This document shows, piece after piece, positions 45,814-48,113 of a DNA stretch of 48,113 nt. Where the stretch lies: NCBI GenBank assembly GCA_002633005.1, contig NMRA01000035.1, forward strand, positions 785,888 to 834,000, given 5' to 3'. This stretch comes from Phoronis australis (lineage: Eukaryota > Animalia > Phoronida). The first letter of the stretch is position 1. Each line of letters begins with the position of its first letter. The translations under genes and the position numbers were made by a program. Under the pieces are notes generated by a model. It was not told where the DNA came from. It saw only the letters and a list, made by a program, of their open reading frames with translations, and made no database searches.

Positions 45814-47043
45814 TCATTTTCGGAAAAGTATAGCTAATTCTGTGATGAATAGCACACCATTTAAATAGAAACTATGAAATAGTAGGGTGTTCCTATCACA
45901 GAAATTGACAACAGCTTGGTCTAGTTCGGCAGCATTCTTTTCTTCCGAAATTGTGTTTAGTGCTGTATCGGGCTGAGATTGTGGGTTGTCTTCGTCATCT
46001 ATCGGTGGATTATCTTGATCATTTTGATCATTTATCACTGGTTCATTAAAGCCGCTAAATTGTATAAGTCCCGAATGTTTACGAATTTGCTTGCACTTCG
46101 ACGGGAGTGTAATACGGCCTTGTATATTGCACTCTGTCACTTGTTTCTCCATATGGATATCCCACGTTCGCCCTTCCTTACATTTCCAAGTAACTGACTT
46201 TTTGATGGGGATGTTAGAAGCCGAAGTCACTATTTCGCCATTAAACGTTCCGTAAAACCCACTGTCGGGCAGCAGAATATTGGCTAGTGAACAATGCGAC
46301 AGTTTACACGGTGCTGGCATCTTAATGGTTGACAATGGGCCACGTGGACACCGCTTCCTCAAAAAACTGTGAACGCCATCGAAGGTGTATCCTTTGTATG
46401 TACAGATAAATTTTACCGTTTCATGATTTTTAATGACTGTTGTCCCTGAAGCCGATTTCAGAACAGTGTCACCGTTTTCGCTGTCCTGTATGCTTGCTTT
46501 GTAGTTCATGTTACTCGGAATGGTCAGCGTGCAGGTACTCACACAACTGATGCTCTTGGCATTTAAACTCAACTCCAGAGAAGATTTTCGTCGAGAGTCA
46601 AAGCATTTTGCGCTGAACGTTCGGTTCAAACTGATTCTATGAAGAAATGCATCGTCGCAACGATATTTCAAGATAGCGTTGATGGTTACCTCTGCCCCAA
46701 CATTGTGTCCAACAACACGTGAATGGCTGCCATTGTGTACTTTACAAAATATTGGTCTATTGCATTCATTCGGTAAACCACCACTAGCGTGAAGGAAACC
46801 GCCCGTTGAATTTTTCATACATTTAACGACGAAATTGATATTGTCTTCATCAAGCCCGTATGTCCGCCATCCGTCTCGACATGTGTAGTTAACTGATTCT
46901 CCTAACTTCACTTGCAATCCTATTGAATTCATGTCCGAAGGGTACGACCGAGTTTTCTCGTAAATTGTGCAAAGAGTAGTAGCGGTAAAACACCTTTCCA
47001 TAAAAGCAAAAACAAACATAAAATATATCGAATTGAAGAACAT
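45814..47043 (-). CDS. 409-aa secreted or surface protein: signal peptide, four divergent Sushi/CCP-like modules, acidic stalk, hydrophobic C-terminus
   Basis: 1230-nt uninterrupted ORF in AT-rich DNA with a hydrophobic N-terminus. Four groups of 4 Cys with CCP-type central motifs (GESVNYTCRDGW, LKYRCDDAF, ETVKFICTYKGY, SVTWKCKEGR) and short inter-module linkers (CNRPIFC, CVSTC, CKLSHC). Several N-x-S/T sequons. Confidence 0.8.
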   Translation of the reverse strand: MFFNSIYFMFVFAFMERCFTATTLCTIYEKTRSYPSDMNSIGLQVKLGESVNYTCRDGWRTYGLDEDNINFVVKCMKNSTGGFLHASGGLPNECNRPIFCKVHNGSHSRVVGHNVGAEVTINAILKYRCDDAFLHRISLNRTFSAKCFDSRRKSSLELSLNAKSISCVSTCTLTIPSNMNYKASIQDSENGDTVLKSASGTTVIKNHETVKFICTYKGYTFDGVHSFLRKRCPRGPLSTIKMPAPCKLSHCSLANILLPDSGFYGTFNGEIVTSASNIPIKKSVTWKCKEGRTWDIHMEKQVTECNIQGRITLPSKCKQIRKHSGLIQFSGFNEPVINDQNDQDNPPIDDEDNPQSQPDTALNTISEEKNAAELDQAVVNFCDRNTLLFHSFYLNGVLFITELAILFRK

Positions 47044-47129
47044 GACTCTAAAAAATTATTGTTATGATAACTAAGAGAAAAGTGGATTCCTAATTAAGTA
47101 AACAAAAGGTAACGTAATTATGACGCCAC

Positions 47130-47131
<2 letters not shown>

Positions 47132-47212
<81 letters not shown>

Positions 47213-47292
47213 TACATACATACACAGACACACACACGCACACACAAACATATTTACACTCGCGCGCGCGCGTGCACTGCACACATACATAC
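47132..47292. repeat. (AC)n microsatellite (~38 units) followed by a compound CATA/CACG/(CG)n tract
   Basis: Directly visible in the sequence. Confidence 0.98.
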
Positions 47293-48113
47293 TCAGGCGC
47301 GATCGAACTTCTACTTAGAAATACCATTCTGCCAATCCAGTACAAGAATATAAACAGGGAACACCCAAGCTAAGTGTCACCTTGTTGCACGATACGCAAT
47401 GCTCATGCAGAATGACGAGTCAGGTTCAGGCCCCGTTTACTGTACGTTTAGTCGTGGAAAAAACGTGTTTTGTTCACATGATGATAGACGTCCGGTATAA
47501 TAGGAGTTGACTTGCCATCTAGCATGACATTAGCTACACAAGTATTACGTTAATGTCCAACATTTTTCAAAAATTACATCGCAAATGCAGTTATCCCTCT
47601 GTTCCACAGAAAAGTGCTTTGTGCAAGTTTCTTGACGACTGAGGCTCAATCTATTGTCCGTGTCCGTAGCGAAGGGGGTGTGACGGATGGGAACGTACCT
47701 CCTCTCAGCAGTTAACGTCCGCTCGCGAAGAACAGTTTTGTTGCCACTACCATTCAAGAAAGTAAAATGTACGATTTGTTTTTCTCCTTATTTCCAAGAA
47801 ATTGGACATAATTCATATGTATACGTAATCATTAATACACCTACATGTAAGTGACGATTCGGAAAATAACCGATTCGCTTCAGCCAATTATAGCTTCCTC
47901 AGAGTCCTGTCACCAGACTAACCTAATTCAACAGAATTTGACAGAGCAGTCTTCAACTGTACTTGTATTAGTCAAAAATTGTTAACAACAACAAACGTAT
48001 GTAGTTAGTGAGAAAGACCGGGCAATTTTGTGTAACTCTTAGCAAGTTTGTCTCGCGGTGATATTTCAACAGTGCAAATTCACGATTTCACCGTGGATTA
48101 CGATTGGAATTTT

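Noticed and set aside
47090-47353. CV-repeat and HT-repeat ORFs
   Set aside because: These are translations of the (AC)n microsatellite.

Overview
This is AT-rich eukaryotic animal DNA (spliceosomal GT-AG introns, no operons), probably from an intron-conserving marine invertebrate; a lophotrochozoan is my inference. I can support two protein-coding genes, both on the minus strand. (1) A complete smoothened (Smo) gene: 11 coding exons at 28719-42202, all splice phases consistent, 2445 nt CDS, 814 aa, with a probable non-coding first exon near 42951. (2) A single-ORF 409-aa protein at 45814-47043 with a signal peptide, four divergent Sushi/CCP-like modules, an acidic stalk and a hydrophobic tail. 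The first ~23 kb is almost all repeats: a 26-bp CCAAT-box satellite with an internal strand switch, a degenerate ~1.75-kb macro-repeat, a ~1.9-kb tail-to-tail foldback with nested central hairpins, an L1/Tx1-like fragment, and Helentron/HINE-like elements whose ~145-bp units each carry a CTCF-consensus motif in one orientation. Several MITEs and a tRNA-derived SINE are also present. The best leads are the mobile CTCF-motif array, the NF-Y/E2F-motif satellite, the CD55-like 4-CCP protein, and a Smo tail that combines a vertebrate-type PKA pseudosubstrate motif with fly-type PKA/CK1 phospho-clusters. All calls were made by eye without database searches, and comparisons to human or fly proteins are from memory.
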